NCBI RefSeq assembly: GCF_036365525.1
Contig: NC_090409.1
Span: 39,380,437 to 39,444,436, forward strand
Direction of reading: 5' to 3'
Source of the DNA: Heterodontus francisci
Lineage: Eukaryota
Length of the DNA: 64,000 nucleotides
Positions 10,164 to 23,170 of this stretch are shown in pieces (the first letter of the stretch is position 1; the number at the start of each line of letters is the position of its first letter). The position numbers and the translations under genes were made by a program. Under the pieces are notes generated by a model. The model ran no database searches, had not been told where the DNA came from, and saw nothing but the letters and a program-made list of their open reading frames with translations.

Positions 10164-13100
10164 ATGGATGGAGAAGCGCTGCAGGTATTGTCAGTGTCTC
10201 ACACCCGGGGGGTCAGTAATGGGGAGAGGGACCATGGACTGTGTCAGGGCTGCTCCCGGTCTCAATGTGTCTCAGAGCCGGGAGGGTCAGTAATGGGGAG
10301 AGGGACCATGGACTGTGTCAGGGCTGCTCCCGGTCTCAATGTGTCTCAGAGCCGGGAGGGAGGGGGGTCAGTAATGGGGATTGGGACCATGGACTGTGTC
10401 CTGTCCCGGCTCAGTAATGGACATGAGCAGCAAGAAACTGTGGTAAAGGGGGGTAACTGTGTTTTCTTGTTGCAGGGACCCAACTTACAGAAACTCCTCC
10501 TCCTGCTGCTGCTGCTAAATGCTGTTGCTGCTGTTTCAGGTAAGCGCTGTGACTGCTCTCACATTTCAGCAGAGTTCGGGGCTGCTGGTGACATGGATTA
10601 TATCAGGATTTATCTTCCTGGATGGTGCTAACCTTGTGAATTTATACAGACTGCAGTTAGCTGTCTCCTGGAAAGAACATTTGTCTGGGTGTCTGGGACT
10701 GAAATCAGTAATGTGTATATTACTGGGGAATAGTGTTCATTATATCAGGAGTTCATCTTGCTTTAAGGTGCTGTGTTCACTGTGAGTGGGCCCATTGAGG
10801 GAGTGGACACAGTCGGTTCACATTACACATAATGATCATGAGACCTGAAAGGAAGGCAGTTAATGTCTTCAGATTAACCCCTGTGATGTGAACAGTGGAA
10901 TCTGGACACTGAGCAACACTCGGTGACACTGGGATGGGTGACTGGGGTCCAGTGGTACTGGGATGGGGTCCTGAGCACTGGGATCAGGAGTCTGGGACAG
11001 TCCTGGATCAAATAGAACTGGGAATTGCCTCTGAGCATGGGGAGTAGGGTCATCAGGACTGGGGGTTGTGTTTTGGGTCCTGGGAGGGGGCAGAGTCTGG
11101 CCGTATTGGGGTGAGGAGCAAGGTCTGACAGGTTAGTGGTGGAGGGAGGTGAGGATCCACATTGCCTCGGCCCCTTTCAGACCATCAGGTGCTGCCTCAC
11201 CCCCTACACAGTGTACTCGTCCGTCATTGTCCCCCCAACCTGTCCAAAGCCCTTTCCACATCCTCGGGTACCCCCTCCCCCACCCGTTCCTGTCTTTACA
11301 TTTCAGGGTCAGTTTTCTGCTCCTGAGCTCCACCTCACATTGTGCACCCCCAGTCTGTCATTGTTCTCCCAAAGGGGGGAGGTGGGCAGGGTGACCAATA
11401 TCCTGATGTGTTCTCCCAGCATGTGTACAATGGGAAACACACGATTCAAAGTGCTGTCCAGCTGCTCTGTGGATACAAATATCCAGCACAAGCTGGTTTT
11501 AGTTGAAGGCCCTTAATGTCTGACCTTTAACCTTCCCACAGAAATGAAAGCAGTGAGTTACTGATCAGTGCTTCTTGTAAATCAAGCATCGCAGTGTAAC
11601 CATGTGGAGCTTGGGATGGAATGTACCAGCAGGGAGGTTATATCTGTGGATAAATACTTTCAATCTTTTCCAGGTTACTCGCCTGTCCCAGTTTCTGGGT
11701 TCCTTGGGGAGCAGGTTGTGCTGCCCTGTATCTACAAAGGGAATGTCCCAGTCTCTGATTTACAGGTAATTTGGTGGATATGCAAGCGTGGAGTATCACA
11801 TAATTTTGTCGATGGAAATGATGATTTGACACTACAAGACCCGCAGTTCAGAAACAGAACAAACCTGTTCCAAGATCAACTGGAACAAGGCAACTGGTCA
11901 CTTATGATCTCTGACCTCAGGCAGTCAGACCAGAATGAGTATCAGTGTGAGATTACTGAGAGGACAGGTGTGGTCTTTCTTCAAGATGTCCATCTCTCTG
12001 TAACAGGTGAGAGGTTTCTGTTTCAGGTATTCTGCATTTACTCTCTGATTTTATGGGTACGGTAGTGCAGTGGTTATGTTACTAGACTAGTAATCCAGAG
12101 GCCTGGACTAATGATCCAGAGAACGTGAGTTCAAATCCCACCATGGCACTTTCAGAATTTGAATTCAGTTTGAAATAATTTTGGAAATATAAAGCTGGTC
12201 CCATGCCCTCCTTGCAACTCTCACTTCCACCTAGTTTTGTGTCATCTGCAAAATTGAAAATATTGATCTCCACATCCAAATCATTGATCTAGATTGTTAA
12301 TAGCTGGGCCCAAGCACCGATCCTTGTAGTATCCCACTTGTAACAGCCTGCCAACCTGGAAATGACCCATTTATTCCGACTCTCTGTTTTCTGTCTGTTA
12401 ACCAGTTCTCAATCCCTGCCAGTATATTCACTCCAATCCCATGTGTTCTCATTTTGTTTACCAACCTCTTGTGTGGGACTTTTTCAGAAGCTTTCTGAAA
12501 ATCCAGTTACAGCACATCCACCTCTTCCCTCCCTTTTCTATTCTGTTAGTTACATCTCAAAAAAAAAAACTCCAACAGGTTTATAAACCATGACTTCCCT
12601 TTCATAAATCCAGGTTGACTCTGCCCAATCCTACCATTATTATCGAAGTGTCCAGTTTTCACACCCTTTATTGTAAATTCTAGCATTTTCCCTATAACTG
12701 ATGTCTAGGCTAACAGGCCTGTAGTTCCCTGTTTTCTCTCTCCCTCCTTTCTTAAACAGTTGGGTTACATTTACCACCTTCCAGTCTGCGGGAACCATTC
12801 CAGAGTCTACAGAATTTTGAAAGATGACCACTAATGCATCAACTATCTCTACAGCCACCTCTTTCAACATGCTGGGATATAGATCATCAGGTCCAGAGGA
12901 TTTATCTACTTTCAGTCCCACTAATTTCTCTTGTACTTGTTTATTAATATTGGTATCTTGCAGTTCCTTGTTTACACTAGTCCCTTGATTCTCCATTATT
13001 TCTGGGAGCTGTTTAGTATTTTCCTCTGTGAAGACAGACACAAAGTATTTGTTTTATTTTCTCTGCCATTTCCTTAGAATCATAGAGAGATACAGCATCA

Positions 13101-14883
13101 AAACAGACCCTTTGGCCCACCGAGTCTGCGCTGACCATTAACCACCCATTTACATTAATCCTACATTAATCCCATTTTCCTTCTCACATCCCCTCAATTC
13201 TCCTACTATCTACCTACGCTAGGGGTAATTTTTTTTTTTTACAATGGTCTATTTACCTATTAACCCGCAAGGAAACCGGAGCACCCGGAGGAAACCCACA
13301 TGGTCAGAGAGAGAGCTTGCAAACTCTGCACAGGCGGTACCCAGACTGAACCCGGGTCACTGGAGCTGTGAGGCTGCAGTGTTAACCACTGTGCCGCCCT
13401 TGTTCCCAATTATAAATTCTCCTAAGTCTGTTTGTAATGGACCCACATTTGTCTTTGCTAATCTTTTCTGTTTTACAGATCTGGAGAAGCTTTTACAGTC
13501 TGTTTTTATGTTTCTCGCTAATTTACTCTCGTATTCTATTTTCCCTTTCTTAAACTTTTTCCCGGTCCTCCTTTGCAGAATTTTGAAATGTTCCCAATCC
13601 TCAGGATTAACATTTTTTTTGGCAACTTTATACGCCTCTTCCTTTGCTCCAATACAATCCTTGATTTCTTTTGTTAGCTACAGTTGGAACACTTTCCTTG
13701 CTGGGATTTTGTACATTAAAGAAATGCATTTTTGTTGTAAACTATGTATTAGATCTTCAGGTGTGAGCAATTGCCTGTCTACCGTCACACACAATACTAA
13801 ACACATGATGTTTTCTTTAGAGCGAGCTCGTACACCTGGACTGAACACACCTGTACTGAACACACCTGTACCAGGTAAATCTGTTTCTAAACTACTGCAT
13901 GTGTTTTTAGATTTTACATATGCTCACACTGAATGGGTAATAAGTCCAACAATATGTGCGAGGAGCTCATGGACTGTTCTGTCACTACGTTCGAGACCAT
14001 TCGATCAGCTGCCTCTGTCGTGTCCCTCCCTTCCACTAGCACACCTGGCCAAACTTCCTATAATCCTGCCCTAACCCTGAACTCCCATCTTTCTCTGGTT
14101 TCTCTCCTATTTCCACTCATTCCCTGTTTGAGCTCATCTTGTCCATGAGACCCACCTCCTGTTCCCTTGATCCTGTTCCTGCTAAACTACCGAAAACCCA
14201 CCTTTCCCTCTTGGTTGTAATGTTAGTCGATATTGTAAATGCTTGTCTCCAGGTGTTATCTGCCTCTCCTGTAAATCTGGCGAGATCATTCCTATCCTCA
14301 AAAAAATAACCCTTAACCTTTGGAAACTACTGTCCAATCTCCTACCTCCCTTTCCCCTCCCAAATCCTTTAATGTGTTGTCACCTTCCAAATCTTTTCCC
14401 ATCTTTCCGGGAACTCCAGGAGCTGGATGTAAACCAGCATCCATCCAATCCTGTGATTTTCACGAGTTTAAAATTCCTGCTCTATTTCAGCGAGCTGTTG
14501 GGTTTAATTGAAGGGAAGCTGCTGCTGGTCAGTGTCCAGTTATCTCCATTGGAAAGCATGTATCTATCAGACTGTGGGGCAGTGTGTGTGTGTGTGTGTG
14601 AGATTATTGATATTTAACCTCCCACATTCCTCCAGGACTAGAATTGACCAGGGATGTGTTTGTACTGAGGATGGTTCTGAAACACTAGGTGCTGACGGTC
14701 TCTGCTGTTAGTTTTGTTAGTGTGTCCCAGTCTGTTAACAGCTTCATTCTGTCTCTAGGTCCTGGACTCTCTACTGGAGCAGTAGTTGGATTGGTCATCG
14801 CAATTCTTGTGCTTATTTGCATAATTCTTGTTCTTGTTTGCATAATTCTGGATTTCATAATCCGAAACCGACAAAGATGGTGA
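10164..14883 (+). CDS. Paralog A: single-IgV type-I membrane protein, B7-family/butyrophilin-like (CD276/VTCN1/MOG-like)
   Basis: Exons 10164-10184 (MDGEALQ), 10476-10539 (signal peptide), 11674-12006 (IgV), 13821-13874 (stalk ERARTPGLNTPVLNTPVP) and 14759-14879 (TM ...IRNRQR). All introns are GT-AG with compatible phases 0/1/1/1. The end is set at the read-through stop; the true last exon is uncertain. Confidence 0.85.
10208..10400 (+). repeat. 81-bp minisatellite in paralog A intron 1 (2 units, the first with a 7-bp deletion)
   Basis: Intron length 291 = 136 + 74 + 81. Confidence 0.9.
11674..12006 (+). CDS. IgV exon of paralog A
   Basis: 333 nt, phase 1-1; VVLPC...W...QDPQFRNRTNLFQDQLEQGNWSLMISDLRQSDQNEYQC, a B7/BTN-type V-set signature. 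Confidence 0.92.
12205..13755 (-). mobile_element. Old CR1 ORF2 remnant in paralog A intron 3, shared with paralog B, with an A-specific HE1 SINE at ~13078-13398
   Basis: ORF 12640-13041 (KSSGPDDLYP...GNYRPVSL) is nearly identical to ORF 27011-27415. Confidence 0.85.
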
Positions 14884-16964
14884 GTTCTGGAATGTTCCGC
14901 AGTTCCCATTGTTAATTCTGGTTTTGTTTTATTATATTTGGTGTTGTGGAAATGTTGTGTGCACTGATACACTTTGTGCTGTGTGGGATGTTTCAATGCT
15001 GCATTATCCAGTCACTTCTAGCTTGTTGTCATCCTCTAGCTGCTGAACTGAAGGTGAAGAGCAGGAATGTGCGGCTCCCTCTATCACACAGTTAATAGAC
15101 ACTCGCCTAATCTCTGCAGCAAACAACTCACCAGCCTACACCTAAAATCCCCTTGGCCCCTCTCCTCTGACTTTTCACCAGCCTCTGATCCTTGATCTGT
15201 TCCCCAGTCACTGACTCCATCCCCCTCCCTGGCCACTGTTTGAGGCTGAACCAGACTGTTCACAACCTCGGAGTCCCATCAGACCCTGAGCTGAGCTTCT
15301 GAATCCAAATCCTCTCCATCACTCTAATACCACCTAGCTCCACCTCTGAGTATACCCTATGTTTGCTCCCATCTCTTGAGATCCTCACCCATGCCTTTGT
15401 TATCATCAAAATCAACTATTCCAATGTTCCCCTGGCCAATTCCACTTTGCACCCTCCGTAAATTTGAGCTCATCCAAACCTCTGCTGCCCCGTATCCGAA
15501 CTCACACCAAGTCTTGTTTTCCCATCACTCCTGTACTCACTGACCTACATTCATCCTCATGTTCAAATCCGCAACCCGCCAGCCCCCCCCCCCCCCACCA
15601 AAGTCTCTGTAACTTCCTCCAGCCCTACAACTCAGAGATCTTTGTGTATCCCCCAATTTCCATCACTCCATCATTGGCGGCTGTGCCTTCAGATGTCTGG
15701 GCCCCAAGCTCTGGAATTTCCTCCTGAAACCTCTCTGCCTCTCCCTTAAAAGCTCTCTCTGAGCTTTTGGTCACATGTCCTAAAATCTTTTCACACGGCT
15801 CGTTGTCTTTGTTTGAACAGTCACTCCCGTGAAATGCCTTCGGATTGTGAAGCTGTGAAAGAAATGCAAGTTATTGCCCAACCTCCATTTGTGTTTACAT
15901 TTTTTAAACCACTCCCTGTGATCCGGCCATCTTGGATTTCTCTGTCTCCCTCAACATCCACATCTCCCTGCCCACCTCTTACCCACCTGCCAGTGGGGAG
16001 GGGGAACTATTGCAGATTCTCTAACTCTGTCCTCCGACTCTTTCCCCCATTTCGATATTTCTGCCTCCGTCAGCCTGTTTGGTCACTGCTGGGTCGGGTT
16101 TGATCACATCCGGGAATATCCTGTCCATCTGTGATTCCTCTCAATAATTCAGGATCAGTCTGGAGAGTCCGGACATTCCCAGTCTCCTCCTGTCTGATCT
16201 GATCCCTATCATCTTCAGCTCAGTGTTAACTGAGATCCTCATCAATTCTTCTTAATCTCCAATGTTGAGGTGAGCTGTCATTTTTCTATTGGTCTGGTGT
16301 CTTGGTCAGCACAGGTCCTGTGGAGTGTCCAGCTCTTGCCCATTGCCTCCTCTATAAGCCTCCTCTCCTCTACACTCTGTGCTCCATCACCGTGCAGCTC
16401 CTGTGACCCATTTTCCAGCTGCCATTGGTGCCCAGGATGTTGAGTGTAATTTAATTGGTCTGTGTTCCTGAACAGCTCCTTTACACACTTGTACAAAGTG
16501 TTGGATTCTTTTAATGTAACCTGAACTCTGCTGTTTTTTCCCTCCCAGGAAAGAGAACAAACACAGCATCAAGCACAATGCAGCATCTAATGACCCCCCT
16601 TTGACAGGGGTGACTTGTTCAGGTGAAACACGGGACCTTGTGACGACAGCACCTGAGCATCAGAATGGAGCAGCTGAAGAACAAAACCTTCTGGGGAACG
16701 GGGCTGTCCAGCACTAACTGAGTTTACACTGCACTGAGCCTGGGTCAGGGAGGGGAAAATCAGCCCAGTGTTGTGGTTATCCAGTGAATCCTGGTGGAAA
16801 GTCTGAGTTCAGGATTGGGATCAACAATCACTTCCCTAGTTGTCCACCAGCTTTTAGTGATTGGTGCATCTTGGACTAGGATTTCTCTGCTGTACAGTTC
16901 CTCATCACACTGTTTGTGTATGGAATTTATATTGTAAATATTTATATGTGTTAACAATTGAAAC

Positions 16965-18430
16965 TACCTGAAAAATACACAGCCAAAATCAGTGGGAAAT
17001 GTATCTCTCTCACATATGTTATGGTCCTGTAGTTTTTTTTTCCTGGAATATGCAGTGTACCTTTTTAAGGCGTGCAAAGGATCAGTACTGCTTTCAGTAC
17101 CAGCGGGCATCCAGAGTTGCTGAGAAGGTGCATTCTTGTTACCATGGATACAGTCACTTGGATTGAGCATCATGTGATACATTTGATAGAATTCAATTTT
17201 GAACTGGCTTTCAGTTGAAGACAGTTCTAACAGAGAACACACAGACAGACAGCTGGTCTTAGCACCTGAAAACGAGCTCTCAGCCATTTAAACTGAAGGA
17301 AGAGAATTTTAGTCTGTTTAATTATTATTATCTCTCAAAATTCTAAATTTAAAAGGTCAAGCCAAAATGGAGATCTCTGGTAACTTCAACGGAAGAAGGA
17401 AGCATCGCTTACTGCTGGAATTAGACTATGGACTGTTGTACTGTGGATCCACCTTTTTTCCCATTGGACAGCTGTGAAGACTTCAAGCAAATTGGACTGT
17501 AAATTTGCAAGGACTCTAATTTTTTCTATTTTAAATGTTTATTTCTTCATAGTGTTAATTTAGTTTTTTTAATTAAACAGTTAATTTGTTGATTTAAAGA
17601 CACCTGGTTTGGTTAGCCTCATTTGGAGTTAATAGATAGGACAGCCAAATTGTACTTTCTTTAATTTGGAAAGTTTAAAATGATATGTTTGGTGATCTGT
17701 GGAGGGACGGGATTGAATTAACAGTGCATTTCTCCCACCACAATCAAATCGTATATTTTGATTGGGGGCTTTGACTGGAGTGGTCAGTTGTAACACGTCT
17801 GAATATTAATCTGTTAATATTAGTGGATGTTCAATCTTCTGTTTGTCACTGCCTGATATCATGCAGGCCCCACCTGCCAAGAATGGGGAATATTAATTTT
17901 GCCACATGAACATTGATTTTAATCTGTTGATGAAGAAAGAGCTTGCTTTAAAAAAAATTGCCAGATTTTGGCTGGAGAGACACGTTAGCATATTAACAGC
18001 AGGGCTTGAAAGGACACATTCAATCTACAATGGACTTCTGATTACCAGACATTGAGGGTGGAGGAGTTTGCATTCCAGGTTGGCTGCTAAAATGGCCAAA
18101 TACACAAACAGATGTGGTCAGACCAGTTAAGTCACATGACTAGTTGGCTGTTGCAGAATTTGAACTTGCCAGGGAGTTCTGAACGGCAGAAAACTGTGCT
18201 CCCGGTTTGAACAGACCTCCTCTCCTGCCCTGCCTGCTCCCATCTCTTTCTCACAGAACTGAATCTTGTGAAGACATGTGAATCTCAACGAGAGAAAAGA
18301 CACCTACATGAACAAGGTTTAAGAAGAATACTAGGCCCCAATGAAAAGCAAGACCTACCTATAATTGGAAAGCAGTGAACAAGGATTCACCAAGGCGGAG
18401 CTAAAAATACAATATGTTTAAAATTAAAAC
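16965..18430 (+). mobile_element. Two adjacent LTR-like remnants
   Basis: The first ends ...gaattaacagtgc...gttgtaaca (~17795), like the Gypsy LTR ends at 36838 and ~53960. The second starts tatcatgcaggccccacc (~17857) and is homologous to solo LTR 37064-37933. Both are absent from the paralogous block at 62280-62450. Confidence 0.55.
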
Positions 18431-19914
18431 CCTGTTACAGTAAGAAGAGGTGAAGGCTGAGGGACCCCGAGACACCTTTCTCACCTGGTCCTGACACAGC
18501 AGCATCTCTGTTCAGTGTACAGGCAGGAAGTCTCTTGATCCTAACTGGAGTGAATTGAATTGTCTGATGACGGTATCTGTGATTGTGGGATCTCAGGAAG
18601 AGGCCGGGATGGATCATCCAGTCGGCACTTACAGCTGAAGATGGTTGTGATCACTTCAGCCTGGTCTTTTTCACTGGTGCTGGGCTCCCCCATCACTGAG
18701 GATGGGGATGTTCATGGAGCCTCATCCTCCTGTTGTTTAATTGTTCCCCACTGTTCAAGACTGGATGTGGCAGGACTGTTGAGATTTGATAGTGTGAGCA
18801 TTTCTGAAACTCTGTTTCTATAAAGGGTTTACATCTATACAGTGTCTTTCACCACCTCAGGACATCCCAAAGTGTTTCACAGTCAGGGAAGTACTGTTTG
18901 AAGTGTAATTATTGACCCAGATGGGGGTGTGCAGGGGGAGAGAGCTCTCAGAATCAGAATAGTTATAGCACAGAAGGAGGCTGTTCGGCCCATCATCTCT
19001 CTGCTGGCTCTGCTCCGACTGACCAAATCCTTTAATCATGGAAAAGATCTGAATTAGATTTCTTCCCCACCTCCCCCCCCCCCCCCCCCACCCTTAATCT
19101 TCTATACGCGAGGGAATCCAAGCCTCATCTGTGCAATCTGTCGTAATTTAACCCTTTTCAGTCCAGTATCATTCTGGTGAACCTGCACTGCACCCCCTCC
19201 AAGGGCAATATATCCTTCCTGAGGGACAATGACTCCAGATGGACCCTAACCAGATCGAACCCCTCCTGAGCCAGCAATAAATCAAAGAGGAGTTTGACAG
19301 AGTAACTCATTATTCCAACCTTCACAGAAACACACAGCAGATCCTTCAGAGGTGAAGACCCTTCCCCAGCCTGGGAGAAAGATACAGGAACACGGGAATA
19401 CTGTTCACACATCAAGGTAGAACAGTAGCTAAAAAATATCCCAGGGAACCAGACTGTTCCTCAACACCTCACCCTCAGGAAACAATTCTCCAAAATCCCT
19501 TTTTTCAAACCAATTTTTGATGTATATAATTTAAATTACTCAATACACATTAGACACTAATAAATCCTTTCAGTGATAGGTTTTCCGAAGGCCTTTAGCT
19601 TCAGACCATTTTGCAATCACCAGGTGCCCTCTAGTGCATCGCTCAGTTAGCGTAGATGGGCTATTTGACTGTGGCAGACATCACAGTTTAGCTTCATACC
19701 TGAAAGAGGTGCAGAGGTTTCATCAGGAGCAGGAAATAAATTTAACAGATACATATTAACAGAGGCTGTGGGATATTTCAGTTTAATGTCAGACGCTTGT
19801 CACTGTAAAGATTAGAAATAAGAATCAGCTGTGAGGCAATGTGGACTCAGCTGATATTGTGAGATTTCTGAGCTTTTAGATTTCTAATCCAGAATCTCGA
19901 TCATATATTAAATA

Positions 19915-20435
19915 TAGAATGAAAGAGTTATACAGCACAGCAACAGGCCCTTCGGCCCACCACGTCCATGCCAGCCATCAAGCACCAAACCATTCTAATC
20001 CCATTTTCCAGCACTTGGCCCGCAGCCTTGTATGCTATGGTGTTTCAAGTACTCATCGAAATACCTCTGAAATGTTGTGAGGGTTCCTGCCTCTACCACC
20101 CCTTCAGTCAGTGTGTTCCAGATTCCAACCACTCTCTGCTTCTTACCTTAACCCTATACCCCTGTTTATTGACACCTCCGCTAACAGAAAAAGTTTCTTC
20201 CTATCTCTGCCCCTCATAATTTTGTATACCTCAATCAGGTCCCCCCTCAGCCTTCTCTGCTCTAAGGAAAACAACCCGAGTCTATCCAGTCTCTCTTCAT
20301 AGCTGAAATGCTCCAGCCCAGGCAACATTCTGGTGAATCTCCTCTGCACCCTCTCCAGTGCAATCACATCCTTCCTATAGTGTGGTGCCCAGAAACTGTA
20401 CACAGTACTCCAGCTGTGGCCTAACTAGCGTTTTA
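19915..20435 (-). mobile_element. CR1 3' fragment
   Basis: ORF 20143-20403 ([23 protein letters not shown]) plus CR1 tail. Confidence 0.85.
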
Positions 20436-20699
20436 TGGGCACAAAGGAGCAGTCGTGCGGAGCTGACACACAAACATTTGGCAGTATGGGCCTTACACAT
20501 GCACGCGCGCGCACACACACACACGTGTAGTGAACCTTACATACAGAAGTAATGTGAGCCTCACACACACACGTGGAGATCACATGTTTCCAGTCTTGCT
20601 CACGGGTGTTGGTACAAGCGGTCAAGCACAGGGGTCACAGTGCGGTGCCAGTGATGTATCCAATCCCTCCGGCCAGCCAGGACACTACTTGCTTAAAAA

Positions 20700-21125
20700 A
20701 AACATAGAAAATAGGAGTAGGAGTAGGCCATTCGGCCCTTTGGGCCTGTTCTACCATTCAAAAAAGATCATGGCTGATCATGTAATTCAGCACCCTGTTC
20801 CTGCTTTTTCCCCATATCCATTGATCCCTTTGACATTAAGAAATATATCGATCTCCTTCTTGAATATATTTAATGATTTGGCCTCCACTGCCACCTGCAG
20901 TTCTAAATGGCATACCCATATCCTGAGACTGAGACCCCTGGTCCTGGACTCCCCAGCCATCGGGAACATCCTCCCTGCATCGAGCCTGTCTAGTACTGTT
21001 AGAATTTTACAGGTTTCTATAAGAACCCCTCTCCTTCTAAACTCTAGTGAATATAGGCATAATCGACCCAATCTCTCCTCACATGTCAACCCTGCCATCT
21101 CAGGAATCAGCCTAGTAAATCCTTC
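20700..21125 (-). mobile_element. CR1 3' fragment
   Basis: FTRLIPEMAGL...YSLEFRR motif plus 3' UTR. Confidence 0.75.
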
Positions 21126-21344
21126 CTCATTTTTCTTTTTGAGCGGTTTGGGTGCCCCTGGGGTTGGAGCAATCCTGGGGGTGGCCGCAGGGCCTTGTCC
21201 AGCCTGGGCATCATGTAGTAGTTGATCACCAGGACGCAAGAAATAGGAGCAGGAGTAAACCACATGGACCATCAAGCCTGCTCTGCCATTCAAAACAAAT
21301 GTTACATCACCCATTGAGGAAATGGAATCCTGAAACATTGCTGG

Positions 21345-21395
21345 CCACGCCCCCCGGCCAATCAGGCGCCGGGCTGCCCTGTCACTCAGAGTCTC
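21345..21395 (+). promoter_or_regulatory. Promoter module of relic E
   Basis: GC-rich box followed by CCAAT-N16-CTGTCACTCA. Confidence 0.6.
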
Positions 21396-21561
21396 ATGAA
21401 ACAAGTTCCAATCTCTCAGCTGACTCCGGGCTGCAGGAGTTTGTTTCCAGAGGAACAGTTTCTCCCCTTTTCCCAGTTATCATTCACATTCCTGTTTGTT
21501 TTTCCAGCGGAGCATCAGCTTCCCTGTCTCTGGGAGGGGGGGATGATCCAGGATCGGGGGA

Positions 21562-21843
21562 ATGGATGGAAAAGCGCTGCAGGTATTGTCAGTGTCTCAC
21601 CCGGGAGAGGGAGACGGATCTGGGGGAAACTTTCCTTTCTTTCCCCCCAGGATTCGCCTCTTTACTGTTTGTCTCCATTTCTGGGCTTTGTCTCCCTGAC
21701 CCTGGGGCAGGGTCTCGTTTATAAAAGGAGAAATGTCGACATTTGAGATGGAGTGAGAGAAACTGACTTTAGACTGAAAATAAACACCCGGCTGTTAATC
21801 TACACCCGGGGGTGGGGAACACAGTGACACATCCCGGCTCAGA
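21562..21843 (+). pseudogene. Orphan exon 1 plus partial intron 1 of the IgV family (relic E)
   Basis: 21562-21582 encodes MDGKALQ with donor GTATTG. The following ~260 nt match paralog B intron 1 (33420-33707). It is truncated where a Tx1 element begins, and no signal or IgV exon follows. Confidence 0.7.
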
Positions 21844-21849
21844 AATTGA

Positions 21850-23170
21850 CATTTTTTCCCCCAAAAATATACTTTATTCATAAAAATCTGTAAAAAGTAC
21901 ATTACTGAACAGTACCAAATTGTCATTCCAAAAAGTGCAAAGGAAATCAGTTTTCTTCGATACAGGAGTGAGTTGCCTCACCTTTCCATTCCATTTTACA
22001 TGCCCTGTACATTTTACAGTGAACACACATTTGACAGATACAGCCCAAGGGGATTCGCATGGGTCTCGCCCCTCATTTCAGCTTGGTGGAGGTCCTTACA
22101 CTGTGGTCTTTTCCCATTGAGCCTTTGCTGCGGATGCCCCAAGCTTTAGTGCGTCCCTCAGCACGTAGTCCTGGACCTTGGAATGTGGCAGTATACAACA
22201 CTTGGTCATGGACAACTCTTTGCACTGGAAGACCAGCAAGTTTCGGGCAGACCAAAGAGTGTCTTTCACTGAATTGATAGTCCTCCAGCAGCAGTTGATG
22301 TTTGTCTCGGTGTGTGTCCCTGGGAACAGCCCGTAGAGCACAGACTCCTGTGTTACAGAGCTGCTTGGGATGAACCTCGACAAAAACCACTGCATCTCTT
22401 TCCACACCTGCTTTGCAAAGACACATTCCAGGAGGAGGTGGGTAACAGTCTCTTTTCCACCACAGCGGGGGCATTGTGCAGAGGGTGTGAGACTCCAGGC
22501 GTGCAGGAAGGATCTGACAGGGAGGGCCCTTCTCACCACCAGCCAAGCTACATCTTGGTGCTTGTTTGAAAGTTTTGGTGATGAGGCATTCTGCCAAATG
22601 ACTTTGGCAGTCTGCTCGGGGAACCATCCGACAGGATCCACCGTCTCCTTTTCCCGTAGGGCTTTGAGGACATTCCGTACAGACCACTGCCTGATGGATT
22701 GGTGGTCAAAGGTGTTTTCCCGCAGAAACTTTCCCACAAAGGATAAGTGGTACGGCACGGTCCAACTGCATGGAGCGTTCCGCGGCAATGCGACCAGGCC
22801 CATCCTTTGCAACACCAGGGACAGATAGAACCTCAGCACGTAGTGACACTCGGTGTTTGCGTACTGGAGGTCTACACACAGCTTGATGCAGTTGCACATG
22901 AAGGGAGTCATCAGGATGAGGGCGAAGATGGGTACACTTCCGCCCCCCACCCCCCTTTTCCAGAGGTTTGAACATCGTGTCCCTCTGGATCTGGTCCATT
23001 TTTGTTCTCCAGATAAAGCAGAAAATGGCTCGGGCGACCGCCATAGCACAGGAGTGGGGTATGGGCCAGACCGATGCCACATACAGCAACGCCTCGCACC
23101 TGATGGCCAGGTTCTTACCTACAATGGAGAAATCGCTGCTCCCTCATGCTCAGTTTATGGTGGACCCTGG
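21850..23170 (-). mobile_element. Tx1/L1-clade non-LTR retrotransposon, 3' part
   Basis: ORF 22096-23082 with a zf-RVT-like C-terminus (CPRCGGKETVTHLLLEC; DVAWLVVRRALPVR); frameshifted. Confidence 0.85.

Noticed and set aside
11568-11673. N-terminal extension MLLVNQASQ... of the IgV ORFs
   Set aside because: Intronic sequence upstream of a clear acceptor (tcttttccag); the signal peptide comes from the upstream exon in matching phase.
11674-12006. Rearranging Ig/TCR/IgNAR V segments
   Set aside because: The exon includes the G strand and ends at a GT donor; no heptamer-spacer-nonamer RSS and no D/J/C segments were seen; the sequence signature is B7/BTN-like.
10164-14883. Assigning a symbol such as CD276, VTCN1 or MOG
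   Set aside because: Similarity is at family level only; orthology cannot be established without phylogeny and synteny.
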